From Rhizophagus irregularis (lineage: Eukaryota), in contig NC_089432.1 in NCBI RefSeq assembly GCF_026210795.1, positions 930,001 to 994,000 of the forward strand: 64,000 nucleotides of DNA, read 5' to 3'. Below are positions 27,393-41,751 of the stretch, piece by piece. Made by a program: the position numbers and the translations under genes. Each line of letters starts with the position of its first letter. Within the stretch, counting starts at the first letter, position 1. The notes under the pieces are model-generated. The model was not told the origin of the DNA and searched no databases. It saw only the letters and a list, made by a program, of their open reading frames with translations.

Positions 27393-29004
27393 CCCTATAA
27401 GAAATCTGTATATGGAATGGATACATTTTGTATACATTTTATGTACGTTTCTATAGATTCCGTATACAAATTCCGTATATTTAATAAGAAATTCATTTTT
27501 GAACATTTTTTTAAAAAACTAACGTATACGAAATGTATACGGAAAAAATTAATAATGCGGAATGTATACGGAATTTTTAAACTTAATATTTTAGAAAATA
27601 ATTTTACAATCATCCCGTATCATAACACGTGATCACGTGATTGTTTATTGTTTTGTTATGATACGTTTTTTTGTTTTTTATATAAACCCTTAACAATTAC
27701 TTTGATCTTCCTTTTTATCTTTCCTTTCTTTTGTCTTTTGTTATTTTGTTTTTTTTTTTATTTTAAAAAATTTTTCTTTCTTTTTTCTTCGTCACCTCCC
27801 TTTACAAAGAGATTTTTTTTTCGTCACTCTCCTTTAAAAAAAATTTTTTTTTCATCACTCCTTTAAAAAATTTTTTTTCATCACTCTCCTTTTAAAAAAA
27901 AATTTTTTTCGTCACTCCTTTAAAAAAATTTTTTTCATCACTCTCCTTTTAAAAAAAAATTTTTTTCGTCACTCCTTTAAAAAAATTTTTTTTTGACTTT
28001 ATTCTTTTATTCCCCACTCACCGCCCTTTCCTTTTTTTTTAAAAAAAAAATTTTCTTTCTATTCTTTATAAAAAATTTTTTATTTTTCTAACTTTGACAT
28101 CCTCCCTTTTTTTTTAAAAAAAATTTTTTTAACTTTCCTAACTTCGTCACCCCTCTTTTTAAAGAAAAATATTTTTTGATTTGTTCTTTTATTCCCCACT
28201 CACTACCCTTTCTTTTTTATTTATATTATCTCTTTTTTTTATAGGCCAACAGATTTTTTTTGAAAGTTTCTTTTTTCTTTTTTTTGTAAATTAGTTTGGG
28301 AGTCCTTTTCTTTTTGTAGGATGGTACAGGATTTTTTCTTTTTTAGGTCAGTTCAAATTTTCTTTTTTCTTTGTAAGTTTGGTTCAGATTCTGGATTTTT
28401 TTCTTGTAAGTTGTTTTGGTTTCTTTTCATCAGACGTTTTATGATTCTTTTCTTTTATGTAGGTCAGACATTTTGGAGTTCTTTTTCTTTTTTGTAGGAA
28501 TACTGACCCTTGGTGACTTGGACGATTGCAGATACTATATGAGGGTGTTTTGGTTTCCGGTTAAGTTAAACATTCTCATGTTTCTTTTTTCTTTTTAGAT
28601 TTTTTGACTCTGAATGAACCTGAACATATTATAGATAATCTAGGTTGCAATAGGTGGTTTTGATAAGGAAGGGAATTTTAATAATGTATTTAATATATTT
28701 GTATTTGTTTAATTTTTAATTTATATTTAATTTAATAAAGTAGAATTAAATTTATGTAAATACAACTATAATAAACTGTAATATAATGGTAAATTCAGTA
28801 ACCAAATCGTATAAATTTCATGATAAAATCAGTGATCAAATCATGTAAATTCCATACGAATCCCGTGTAAATTTCGTATCCAAACCATATTTTTAGTGAT
28901 ACGGAATTGTGCATTTTTCCGTATCCTTTCATGATACGTTATTTCTAAGGAAAAAAAAATCGTATAAAAACTTTATAAAAAACATATCCGATTTTTTTAT
29001 AGGG
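27393..29004. mobile_element. Non-autonomous DNA transposon with short imperfect TIRs
   Basis: CCCTATAAGAAATC..ATATG versus CATATCCGATTTTTTTATAGGG; subterminal CGTATAC/ATACGGAA motifs; internal TCACTCTCCTTTAAAAAAA tandem repeats. Confidence 0.6.
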
Positions 29005-30061
29005 TAGGATCGGCATTTGTTGTATCACTTTGCATAATTTGACTTTTTTATTAATATCTGATATGTATGTAAAATATTTCGCAAGAATTAATATATTTAT
29101 TAATACGTCGCAAAGTTAAATAACAATTAAATAGCTTCTTATTCGGGTTTAAATTGTTAGTTGGAACTTCCTTGATCCCCATTACTATATCTGCAACCGA
29201 AATATTTTTCTGAACTATTGTGCCAACGTCATATTTCCACGGTCACATGATATTTCCATACCCGGAAATTTTTGTCCTCGAATAAGGACCAGAGTTATCA
29301 TTATTAGAATTTTTAATGAAATTAGTCCACCGAGTTCTGGAGCAGGTTCAAAAATGAGTTGTCAAGTTTGAAAAGTTACGGCAAAGTGTATATAATGTTA
29401 TTTTGCTAGTTTAACATACTAACTTGGGCAGCAAGACTAAATAACATTTTATAAATCACGTTAGTTAGGTAATGATTGTCCTGATAATGTTTTTTTATTA
29501 TGTATAAAAACTTTTGAGAAAGAGTTTTTCGGCTTTTCAATAGGTAATAATTAGTTTGATTTTTTAGTTCGTGAAGATTTATGTACGCTAATAATATATA
29601 CGTTTACATGCATAATAATGTAATTAATTATTTATATGCTATAGTTAAAGAACTAAGTACTACACCTTGGTATTCTGTACTCATAAACTGGGTTATCTTT
29701 AAAGTGTCCAAATACATTCTATATGTAAAATAATATTAATACTTTATTTAAACATATTTGCGAGTTATAAACCAAATCCAAATAATTGAAACTAAAAATA
29801 GTTGAAATCAATACCTCCCTCCCTATTTGAAATTTGAATTAACCCAGCCAATTTCTAATTATTACACACTTACCCAAATCACTAACCAGTCAAAACAAAT
29901 TAAAAAGAAAAAATTAAGAAAGATAGGATTTTGAAGTAATATTGGAAAACATTTCTATTTCTTTAGAAAATATCGACCGATATCTCTATTCTCAATCGTA
30001 AGATCATATAAAAGATGTCAATCGGTCTTTTCAGTCTTTTTTATTTGAGCCAGTCTTTGGG

Positions 30062-30320
30062 AAGGTAACAATATTTGCGCCCTTGAAATTTTGTAGCATA
30101 GTGAGATATAACAAAGACAAAATTTGAGCTTGGTCCTAAGATCATTATTGGTAAAAATCATAAAAGATCAGGAAAAATGACATTTTATTTCTAGATGCTG
30201 CTTTGTTTTGAAACGGTCTATTGGATTAAGACCAAAATTTGCTGTTTATTAGTCCTCAATCTGGTTCTATTACTTCTATAGTGCCACAAAGTTTTAGGGC
30301 GCAGTCGCTGTTACTTTTCA
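30062..30320. mobile_element. Possible degenerate MITE
   Basis: GTAACAATATTTGCGCCCTTGAAATTTTGTAGCA is imperfectly inverted to TGCCACAAAGTTTTAGGGCGCAGTCGCTGTTAC. Confidence 0.35.
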
Positions 30321-31069
30321 GGACCAAATAGGACTGACAGGAGTCACAGGACCATTTAAGATCGTACGATCGATCGCCAAAATAATTTCCTCTATTTCCT
30401 CTATATTTGATGATAATTCATTCATTTATTTATTTATTAAATTTTTAATAATAATTACTTTTTTTTTAATGATGGATAATTCTTTTCAATGATAATTTTA
30501 TTTGATGATAAGGCGAATAAATTAGAATTTTAGGTATCCATGTTAATTTTTAACCTTTTATTTTTATTTTTATTTTATAAATGTAGACAACGACGGGAAC
30601 CATACAAATCTGGGAGCCAAGCCCTTACAAGGGTCTACTATACTACACCGATACCAGTATAACCCCAACCCTCGCGAGGAAGTTAATTTTTTTTTGATAA
30701 ATGAAAAAAATTTTGATCTCGAGACTCGAGTGCACGTGATCGATAATGCTAGCCAGAATTATATTAATATCGGCTGCGGAGTTTGCCAAAATTACAAAAT
30801 TTGGCCGCACTATTATTTTGAAAAAATTTACATATAAAATTTATTACATATATTTTGATGAGTTATTACTTTTTCATGTTAAATAATCAATACAGATGAG
30901 TGATATTTAATAATTGACGTTTAATTCTCAAAGTTATTTCTTCACTTATAACCCCATAGCCTACTATAAATTAATTTTTATTTGCTGGTCTAATTTACCT
31001 TAAAACGACATACTATATATTTATTACTATAAAATGAATCTATAAAAAATTATAATTTAATAATTTCAG

Positions 31070-32000
31070 TTTATTTAAAAAATTAATTTATAGTTCATCA
31101 ACGTTCAAACATATTAAATAAATACTTCTAATTAAACTTAAAGCATCTTCATAACCTTTTTTTAGTACCATTTGAATTATTCGTTTCATATTTTTTCAAT
31201 TTCTTTTCCATTTTCGTATATTAGAGCAATATTATATTGAGCATGATAGTTTTTGACCTTTTGATATGATTCATATGCTTTTTTTGTTAATTTTGTTAAT
31301 ATTAGTGGCAATACCATTATTAATAATTAATCTAATAATATCCTAACATGCAGTAGAATTTATCTTGTTCAGCTGATATTTTATAAACCTCAAAAGCTTT
31401 ATTATAATCTATTTCGATAACTTTCTCTATTAATATATATATCAACAATATTATATTAAGCCATATATAATAATACTTAAATTTATTGCTTTTTAAAATA
31501 ATTCTAATGCTCTTTGTTCATTAATAATGGTTTTAGTTCCATGATAATTAAAATATCCAAGTAGAAAAAAAAAGGAATTTAAACTACTTTGATTATTTAA
31601 AGCCAGTTAATAACCTCTTATAGATTATTATTAATATAAGCAAGAATATGTTGCTTTATTATTACAATTTCCTCTTTTCCTCCATTTACCACTTTAAAGA
31701 TAAACTAATTTATTAATTAGTTACATTATTTAAATCTTCTTTCAAAAACATTTTCATGAATGTTTTCATAAATGTTTTAAGTTGTTCGGTTGGTTCTATG
31801 TCTTTTTACTTATAATCATTTTAATCAAAATTTTGAACAATCTGAGATGATTTTTCAAATAATGAATTTTTCTTATTTGTCATTGCGAATAAAATAGAAT
31901 GTTAAAATAATTTGTTTACCCAATAAAGTAAAATTGAATTTGTTTGCGTTGTCGGCATTAACGCTAGATATTAGTTCACAGTGAATTTGTGAATTTGTGA
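31070..32000 (-). pseudogene. Degenerate Sel1-repeat gene
   Basis: Residual IHENVFE.., KQHILAYI.., FLLGYFNYHGT and IEK..WY..K motifs parallel to the Sel1 genes at 38.5-42.5 kb, with frameshifts and stops. Confidence 0.65.
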
Positions 32001-34199
32001 AATTTTTTAATAATAATGTTTGATATTGATAAGATAAATCAGTCGCAAATTGGCATCCTTTTTACATGATACTAATTTTAAGTACATCCTTTAATCTGGA
32101 AGCGACAACATCAAAGCATGAGTATTGCTAATGGAATAATAAATATCGGATGATAATATGATGATAATATTATTGAAAGTGGTAATCCTGCATCTGTGTC
32201 ATTAAACTTCCTCGAAATTATGAGCTTCAATGATATCATTATCAGACAAAAATATGGAAATATATTATAAAAGCTAGATGAATGTGCAGAATGTAAATTG
32301 GTTATAATAATTAGTATTAATTTTGCAATATAAACATTAACGTTCTCAATTTGATTAATAAAAAAGTGAAAATGAAAATAATTATGGTAAAAGAATGCTC
32401 AATTATCTATTAAAATATTGATTATGTGGGTTGGACGGTCAATTTTGGTAGAATAAGAAACTCATTGCGCTAACTGAAACGTTCACATAATTTACACTTA
32501 TAGCAATTGAATTTCTCAAATAATATCATTTGCTTATCTCAAATAAAATTATTATTAACCTAAAACATTATAATCAACTAATTTTCTGTAAAAATATGTA
32601 AATAATAAGGAGAAGAAAACATAGTAATTGTATAAACGATAAACATTTTTACATATCTAAAATTTAGAATAAAATTAAATAAATACCTGTTCCAATATAT
32701 TATAGAAACTAATTTCCACAAAATATGAATTTTTTTGAAGGAACATTCCTAAAGAAGCTAATATTTCTTAATAAATAAAGGAACTAGAACAAAATTTTAT
32801 TAATAATTGAGAATATTTCTTGGAAAATAAGTCATATCTGATATTAGTATACAAATTTGAAAAGATAATTCTAATTTTTGAATTAAGGTTTATGATAAAT
32901 GTTGTTATTATTATCACATATAGGTAATTGAATATTATTTTATATCAGTTTCTATATAGATTTTAATGATTATTTGTTAAAATAGTAGTAAATAAATTAA
33001 AAAAACTTTATTAACTAAGAAAAACTTCGTTGAATTTTTATAAAAGCTTATTTGATAAAATAAAATTAAGTTAAGTTTAACAGTACACAAATTTCTATTG
33101 ATAATATTGATTAGACAACGTTAGTGATGCGACTCCGACGGATAATCCGCCTTCAATCCGATCCGAATCCAGATAACGGGTAATTTTTTGGATTGACCTA
33201 CATATATAAACTACATATTTAATGACGATGCTGCTTCATGATAAGTACTCGCGCAGCACTTTTAATATAAGCTTAGATTATGCTCTAATACGTATATATA
33301 TCAACAAATTAAACGCGTTTGTTTAGTAGTATTTCGATCAATACTTAATAATTTTTTTTTATGAAAATAGTAAAGAAAATAACTAAAAATGAAATAAATG
33401 ATTGATATATTGAATTAATATTTAATAATTTATATTTTCAGCATATTCGACGTTTACATTATTCAAAATAAAAGGCTATATCACAATGAAATTAATGAAA
33501 AAAAATAGTATATTGACAAAAAAAGACTCGATAATAACTTACTATTCCCAAAACTGCTTTTACACGTGTTTCTTCATATATTAAAATCTTGATAATATTT
33601 AAGAATACTACACTAAATAGTAAATACATTGTTTATATTTTGTTTATCCATATGCCTGAAAATAAAAGACAAAACTCGTATTTAAATATTTGACTAAAGT
33701 TATCAAAAATTTTTGAAATTCTAATCGAAATCATTAATTATGCCAGAATTATTAAAATAATCAGGTTAAAAATAAATAGGAAATATTACAATTTCAAATT
33801 CTAATAAATTGATAACATTTGCCTTGATCATGATCCTTAATCACATATTATCGGTTATGTGATCAATTAAAGTGATTTCAAATCATTGATCAATGTATAA
33901 CCATTCTAAAACACATATTTGTTATTTTAGCAATAATTGGGCGTGCTTTATTATTTTATCAACAATTTCATTTCACTTTTACATTTCATTTATCGAGTTT
34001 CTACAAATCATAATATGTAATTTGATAATTTATACAATAATTTATTAGTGAAATATAATGTAAAAATAATTATTTAAATTACAAACTAAGAATTTTGAAA
34101 GAAGTCTCGTCTTTCTACTCTAGACTTAGTGTTTAAATAATTCATAATAATGATAAGAAATATTGTAGATATAATAATATTGTTATTATTTAATTGAGA

Positions 34200-36518
34200 T
34201 AATTTATCTGCATTAAATATTTAAATCTATAATAATAAAAAAAAATCGAGTTAAAAAAAAAAATTGCTGAAATTTTATTTTAACTTTTAAATAAGAAAAA
34301 ATGTTAATTACCATCAGGAAGTTCAAATTCATTTTGTTCTTCCGAATGAAAATTTGGATTATTATATATTTCATCCTCATCTATAAAAACAAAAGAAAAA
34401 AACAATATAAAATTAATTATTGAAATTATATAGTTTAGATAATCTTACATACTGTACCATCAACGTTAATATTATTTTTCTTCACTTTTTGTTGCATTGT
34501 TTCTCCTTTATAATCATTTTGAATGTCTTAAAAAATTTAAATATAAATTATGTTTTTAATATTAAATTAATTTTAGATCAATATATTAATTATTATTTTA
34601 CTTACCATTCTTTGAATTTCTTTTAAATATTTTAGATAATTTCTTACTACCAACTATATAATTTAGTATAAAATTAATCTTTGTATATTTTGATTATCGT
34701 AAAACAAATATATTATTAATTAAGTTACCTTTAAATATACTACTTAATTTTGATGTACTATTCTTCTGACTACCCGATTTATCAAATTCATCAACTAAAA
34801 AAGTTAAAATAGATAAATATAATGTTTATTTTACAGAAATCCAATAATACTTACTATTATCAGGAATATAAAATTCATATGATTTACTATAAAATGCTAA
34901 AATGTCCACGAAACAAACACAATTATTAACTATTTTAAATAAATACTATAAATAAATTTAAATTTATACCTTCTAGTTCTTCTATTGTTTATATAATAAA
35001 GCATCATTGATTATATTTAGTATCTTAATACTTTTTCTAAATATTTAACAAAACAATTCATTATAATAAATATAATACCTTCTGTTGCATTTCTGGGTTC
35101 AGGAAGATTGTCAAATTGATGAAGTTTACTTGTAAATAAACTATTGTTGCTACTTGTATAATTTTCTATACTTTTCCATTCTAAATTATTATTTACTTCT
35201 GGTTGAGTTAATGATTCATTTGATTTACTTTGATAAAATAAATTAATTTCTCCTATTTTATTCAAAAGTGTATCAATATCGGGTCTTTTAAATGGATCAG
35301 CATCCCAGCATTGTTTCATTAAATTTTTATATTCTAAAGGAGTTCCTGATACAATTTTTGGTCTTATACCATTAACAATATTCATTGCAAGATCATAATT
35401 ATGTTCATAATTAATAAATGGTGGTTGTCCAGATGAAATTTCCCACATAAGCATTGCAACACTATAAATATCAGATTTATAAGTCTGTACTTTTCCAATA
35501 ATAACCTCAGGTGCCATATAAGGAAGATTTCCATATATACTTTTTAATGGTTTATCCGCAGGTCCACAAAACCCAAGATCACTAATATTAAATCTAGAAT
35601 CTCTAAGCAATAAATTTCCAGAATGCAAATCTCTATGAATTGCATTCTCTTCATGAATTCTTCCAAGTGCCTTAATTATATTATCAGCAATTTGAATTCT
35701 TTCTTTCCATGTAAGTTGATTATGATTTTGTTGTAAATATTTTTTTAAATCTACATCCATTTTATTCATTACAAGCATATAATTTCCATTTGATGGATCT
35801 TGTGTTAAACCAACACATTGGACGATTTCATTCCATTTATTGCTTATATTTAAATGTGATTTTGCCTATAAAAATAAAAATATTAACATAACTTATAATA
35901 TTAATAACTTTTTAAATACTTTAAATTACAAACCTCATCAAACCAATTTTGATTTGCATTTTCAACATTTTCTAATCTTTTAAGCACTACACCATGTTCT
36001 CCAAGTCTTTTTAATTGTTGTTTTTTAGAATCCCATTCTTCATATCTTCCATTAATCCAATTTGCTGTATATATTTCAGAGCATCCACCCTTTGTTAGAT
36101 ATTTGATATTTTGTAAATTATCATATGGAATCCATTCTGGTATCTTACTTGGTACCTGTGTTTTCACTTGACACTCTTGTAATAAATTATCAATATCAAC
36201 ATTTCTAGATGTCCAATTTGAGAAATTTGCTTTTAAATAATTTCGAACACAAAGTTCACAAAATAATGTAGCTAAACATTCTTGGTTACAATTTTCACAA
36301 ATTCTTTTTGTTCCTGAATTAAACGTAATTTTTTCATCATCATAAGTTTTAGTTAATATTGTTATTGCTTCAGATTTTTCATTTTCTGTAAGTGATTCAT
36401 CTGCAAGAACTGTTTGTTTTTTAAATTCAAATTGTTTATGTATATCATTGTAAATATTATAATCTATTAATGCAAATGCTCTCTCAATTGCAATATTAAT
36501 TTTATCATTATAGGACAT
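34200..36518 (-). CDS. Tyrosine-kinase-like protein kinase (multi-exon; 3' end approximate)
   Basis: RICENCNQECLATLFCELC zinc motif, YLTKGGCSEIYTA, VVLKRL, HRDLHSGN, SDLGFCG, YMAPE, CWDADPFKRP; several short 3' exons. Confidence 0.9.
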
Positions 36519-37499
36519 AATGAACTGTATTATAGAAGCTTCAAACTTTTAAAAATTAATTTAGAAAAGTTACTCAGAACGGAGTCAAAAATAAATTTAT
36601 CAAAGTTAGTTGTGCAACCCCAATGATTGTTACAAAAAAAAAAATCGTACTACACGAGTCTGTGGTACGTTTGCACATTGTAAAAGGCGTAAAATTTTAT
36701 TTTTAGAAAAATGAAAATCATTAAACATTGTAATATGGAATGGTTATTTCTGGTGTAAGAAGTAATGATTTTCATAAGGAAAAAATCATCTCACGAAATT
36801 TTTATTGAAGTTTGTAATTTTGAGATTTTATATGAATACTAATTATACTTCGTTATTGGATTAATTTTATCTTATTTATTGTAATTTACAGTAGTTATTA
36901 TAATATTAACTTTATAAATAATTCGATCAAAGTTTATTTATACAAGCAATATATAAAATATTGGTTGAAACCAAAGACATGTGTCTTGGCTTTTGTAGTT
37001 TAATTATTATTTTTTTTTACAAGACAAATTTCTTGCATGTAATCACGTATACGACCGTTTAGGTAAAACACTGTAGTATTATGGCAATAAATAATCATAA
37101 ACTTTTTTATTTGTGTATGTACGAAACATTTTTATCGTTCATTTCATTTTTAAACTATACCACAAAGTACAATTATATGTGCGGTTAATAGCAAATAACT
37201 GTATTATAGAATCAGAACTAAAAGGGATAAATCGATTAAATTGTGTAATGTTGTGTAATGGTCCACTTGAATTTTTTTTTATGCTGATCTTATCATCAGA
37301 CAGTAAAACTTGTAAAACCGAAAATTACAAGAAAAAACTAAAGGAAACTTTAAAAATGAAATAGAATAAATAATAATATTTTTAGGAAAATTGATTAATA
37401 ATATTTCATTAAATGTATTCTTTTATGGAAATTTTATAAATAATAATTTGACGCGATACTCATCATCTTGTTCATTATTAAATTTTTTCATCACATTAT

Positions 37500-37800
37500 T
37501 ATATGTCGCTTGCCAATGTATCTTAAAAACCTAGAGGTAAGAATTCTGCTTCGTGTCTTAATTTATTTATCTCTTTCATAAAATTTCTTGAACTTTCAAC
37601 TATCAGTCAATTTTCACATATCTTCGTATTGAGTGCAATTTTATTTTGACATCCTAGTATCATTAAACTATCTGCTACTATTTCGTTACCTCTGATACCA
37701 TCATGAGCTTTAACTTTATTAAAATTAATCTCAACCTTATTTTTTATAATAAACTTAGGTATCCACATATGTATATATTAAATCTGGTAAGATAATATTT
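37500..37800 (-). pseudogene. Small LINE RNase H relic
   Basis: INFNKVKAHDGIRGNEIVADSL, the C-terminal KAH..GNE.AD motif of RNase H. Confidence 0.5.
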
Positions 37801-38561
37801 TGTTTGTTAATAACTTAACCTTAATCAAAAAAACATATTATTTCAGTATAAATTTGTAACCAAATTGTTTTTGCAAATTTCAATTGTACTATTATAACGT
37901 ATTTAAACTTAATACCGGCGGCATAATAAAAAAAAATTTATCGTTTGTAAAAAATTCTTTAGTAGACTTTTGAGAAATTAGTTCATATCTTGTTATTCTT
38001 TCATACATTGAATTAGAAAGGGAATGGAAAGATACATGTTGCTGATAAATCGATTTTATACTCAATTTAAACTTGATGATGTAAAATTTAAACTATTAAA
38101 GTTTAGCTGATTGCAAACTTTTAGTTTTGTCAAATACTTTATGGTTCGGAGTAACTTAATAAGGCCCATATTACTTTATTTAATTTAAAGCAATCTAAAT
38201 ATTGTCACATTTACGTAATATTAATAATGTATTAAAGTTGACTTTGACCAATATGTTCAAAATTTCAAAATTTATTAACATTTATCATAAACAGTACTTC
38301 GATGATTTTAGACTAATAAATAATAACGCTAAAAAAGGAAATAAAGGAAAAAGGAATGAAAAAAAGTTCACGATATTAAATATTACATATTTGACAAAAA
38401 ATAAAGATCAAAAATCTAAAATGAAATGAACTTAATCCATCGTTCATGAATCAAACGGATCAATTTTGTATAATTCAAAATGCCAGCTCAATAAAAAAAA
38501 AAATTGTATTAAATCTAGGATACCACAAAAAGATATTTATAAATTATTTATTAATGTTAAC

Positions 38562-39563
38562 TCAAAAATCTTTTAAAAGCTCTTCTAATCTAAGTTGAGC
38601 ATCCTCATTCCCTTTATTAGCAGATTTTTTATACCAATAAATTGCTTGTTTCATATTTTTTTCAATCCCTTCACCAATTTCATACATTAAAGCAAGATTA
38701 AATTGAGCGCAATTGTTATCTAAAATTGCTGCCTCTTGATATAATTCAAATGCTTTTTGCGTATCAGCAATAGTTCCAATTCCATTATTATAACAATATC
38801 CTAACATAGAAATTGCGTCCGAATAACCTTTTTCAGCAGATTTTTTAAAAAGCTCAAAAGTTTTATCAAAATCTATTTCAACACCTTCTCCATCTTTATA
38901 CATATGAGCAAGATTATATTGTGCTAAACAGTTGCCTAAATTTGCTGTCTTATGATATAATTCAAGTGCTTTTTCCTTATCAATATCAGTTCCAATTCCA
39001 ATATCATAACAATATCCTAACAAATTTATTCCACTAGTACATCCCTTTCCCGCTAATTTTTTACATAACTTAAAAGCTTTATCATAATTTTTATCAACAC
39101 CATCACCATCGATATACATATTAGCAAGGTTATATTGAGCTGCATCATGTTTTAATTCTGCAGCTTTTTTAAAATATTCGTATGCATTCTGTTTATCACT
39201 ATTAACTCCAATCCCATAATAATAAAAATATCCGAGCAAATGGATAGAATTTGAATTATGTTGATTATTTGAAAGCCAATAAATAATTTCTTGTAAATTT
39301 ATTTTGTAATTTTTAATAAAATCAATAATATGTCGCTTTCTTATATCAGATTCTTTTCCTTCATTTAATTCCTTAAAATAAAGATTACTCAATTCATTAA
39401 TTATAATACTTAAATCTTCTTCAAAAATATTTTCATGAATATAATTAGTTGTAGGTCCAGTTTCAATTATGTTCATTTCATTAAAATTTTGGTTAATATG
39501 AAAAAACTCACATGATGAATTATTTATATTTAATAAATCAGAATAAAATTTGTTATTGGGCAT
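38562..39563 (-). CDS. Sel1-like repeat protein, copy 1
   Basis: Repeated AQYNLA.MY..G.G...D..KAF..Y..AA..G units. Confidence 0.92.
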   Translation of the reverse strand: MPNNKFYSDLLNINNSSCEFFHINQNFNEMNIIETGPTTNYIHENIFEEDLSIIINELSNLYFKELNEGKESDIRKRHIIDFIKNYKINLQEIIYWLSNNQHNSNSIHLLGYFYYYGIGVNSDKQNAYEYFKKAAELKHDAAQYNLANMYIDGDGVDKNYDKAFKLCKKLAGKGCTSGINLLGYCYDIGIGTDIDKEKALELYHKTANLGNCLAQYNLAHMYKDGEGVEIDFDKTFELFKKSAEKGYSDAISMLGYCYNNGIGTIADTQKAFELYQEAAILDNNCAQFNLALMYEIGEGIEKNMKQAIYWYKKSANKGNEDAQLRLEELLKDF

Positions 39564-39713
39564 TATAAAATAATTATTTAAAAAATAAAGAGAAAAATGT
39601 AAAATTTATATAATGGTATGTTTTTTTTTCTTTGTTTCAATGTTTCACGACATTATGATGATATTATTACCCGTTACTGCAGATCATTTGTGTTTCCGCA
39701 GTAAGTTTTTGAG

Positions 39714-39957
39714 GATTACCCCAGCGTACCCTACAAAAATGTCACGAAACGGCCAGCATTACGGCGTTATGCACTAACACGTGAAAATAAACAGTGACAA
39801 ATAAGGGAGTGACGAATACGTTTTTACTTACTCGAAAAAAACTAAATCCCTCAGATACTTATGAAAAATGGAAACAAGGAAGGGTGTGACGGATGTGACA
39901 AAAAACAGTCACGTGTTTTTATATTGTGACATTTTTGTAGGGTACGCTGTGGAAATC
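39714..39957. mobile_element. 244-bp Mutator-like MITE
   Basis: TIR GATTACCCCAGCGTACCCTACAAAAATGTCAC (30/32 match); 9-bp TSD GTTTTTGAG at 39705-39713 and 39958-39966; empty site in the paralogous upstream region at ~41428. Confidence 0.9.
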
Positions 39958-40294
39958 GTTTTTGAGTTACCGAGCTAATAAAAAATAAATAATGATCATG
40001 TGTTCATAATAGAATAGTAAATGTTTGATAGTTGAACATTTAATTTTTTGCAAAATTATTATTTCACTAAAATCAACAAAGTTATAGTAGTTCAGTAACA
40101 TATGGCTTATCTTAAAATTTTTATTTATATAAAACTATTTAGAAAACCCCATTTTATCTGACTAATAAATCTAAAAAGTTGCAACCCCTAATAATTTTTA
40201 AACAAACAATTAATTTATATTATAATTCAATATTCAATATTAATATAATATTTATGTAATATAAACCTAAAAAACTGTAAACTAAAACCTACTA

Positions 40295-41293
40295 TTACTT
40301 TTTTATAAGTTTTTGTAATTTTTTTTTAGCATTATAATATTCTTGTTCGGCCGACTTTTTATACCAGTAAATTGCCTGTTCCATATTTTTTTCAATTCCC
40401 TTTCCTTTTTCATACATCAAAGCAAGATTATATTGAGCATATTTATTTTTCAAATTTGCTGCCTTCGAATATAATTCAAATGCCTTTTTCACATTAACAT
40501 CAGTTCCAAATCCTTCTTCATAACACCATCCTAAATGAGTCATTCCATTCGTACTTCCTAATTCTGTTGCTTTTTGGTATGATTCAAATGCTTTTTGTTT
40601 ATTAACATTAGTTCCAACTCCACCCTCATAACAAATTCCTAAATTATTTAATCCATTCAAATTTCCTAAATCTGCAGCATTTCGATATAATTCAAATGAC
40701 TTTTCCTTATCAATATCAGTTCCAATTCCAATATCATAACAATATCCTAACAAATTTATTCCACTAGGACATCCCTTTCCCGCTAATTTTTTACATAACT
40801 TAAAAGCTTTATCATAATTTTTATCAACACCATCACCATCGATATACATATTAACAAGGTTATATTGAGCTGTATCATGTTCTAATTCTGCAGCTTTTTT
40901 AAAATATTCATATGCATTCTGTTTATCACTATTGACTTCAATCCCATAATAATAAAAATAACCGAGCAAATGGATAGAATTTGAATTATGTTGATTATTT
41001 GAAAGCCAATAAATAATTTCTTGTAAATTTATTTTGTAATTTTTAATAAAATCAAGAATATGTTGCTTTCTTATATCAGATTCTTTTCCTTCATTTAATT
41101 CCTTAAAATAAAGATTACTCAATTCATTAATTATAATACTTAAATCTTCTTCAAAAATATTTTCATGAATATAATTAGTTGTAGGTCCAGTTTCAATTAT
41201 GTTCATTTCATTAAAATTTTGGTTAATATGAAAAAACTCACATGATGAATTATTTATATTTAATAAATCAGAATTAAATTTGTTAATGGACAT
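40295..41293 (-). CDS. Sel1-like repeat protein, copy 2
   Basis: Sel1 repeats; N-terminal ~200 aa nearly identical to copy 1. Confidence 0.92.
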   Translation of the reverse strand: MSINKFNSDLLNINNSSCEFFHINQNFNEMNIIETGPTTNYIHENIFEEDLSIIINELSNLYFKELNEGKESDIRKQHILDFIKNYKINLQEIIYWLSNNQHNSNSIHLLGYFYYYGIEVNSDKQNAYEYFKKAAELEHDTAQYNLVNMYIDGDGVDKNYDKAFKLCKKLAGKGCPSGINLLGYCYDIGIGTDIDKEKSFELYRNAADLGNLNGLNNLGICYEGGVGTNVNKQKAFESYQKATELGSTNGMTHLGWCYEEGFGTDVNVKKAFELYSKAANLKNKYAQYNLALMYEKGKGIEKNMEQAIYWYKKSAEQEYYNAKKKLQKLIKK

Positions 41294-41751
41294 TATGAAA
41301 CAATTATTTAAAAAATAAAGAGAAAAATGTAAAATTTATATAATGGTATATTTTTTTTTCAATGTTTCACGACATTTATGATGATATTATTACCGGTCAC
41401 CGCAGATCATTTGTGTTTCCGCAGTAAGTTTTTGAGTTACCGAGCTGCAGTTTTTTTTTTGTAAAATATTGATCATGTGTTCATAATAGAAGACATTTAA
41501 TTTTTTGTAAAATTATTATTTCATTAAATCAACAAAGTTATAGTAGTTCAGTAACATATGGCTTATCTTAAAATTTTTATTTATATAAAACTATTTAGAA
41601 AACCCCATTTTGTCTGACTAAATAAATCTAAAAAGTTGCAACCCCTAATAATTTTTACCCAAACAATTAATTTGTATTATAATTCAATATTCAATATTAA
41701 TATAATGCTTATGTAATATAAACCTAAAAAACTGTAAACTAAAACCTACTA

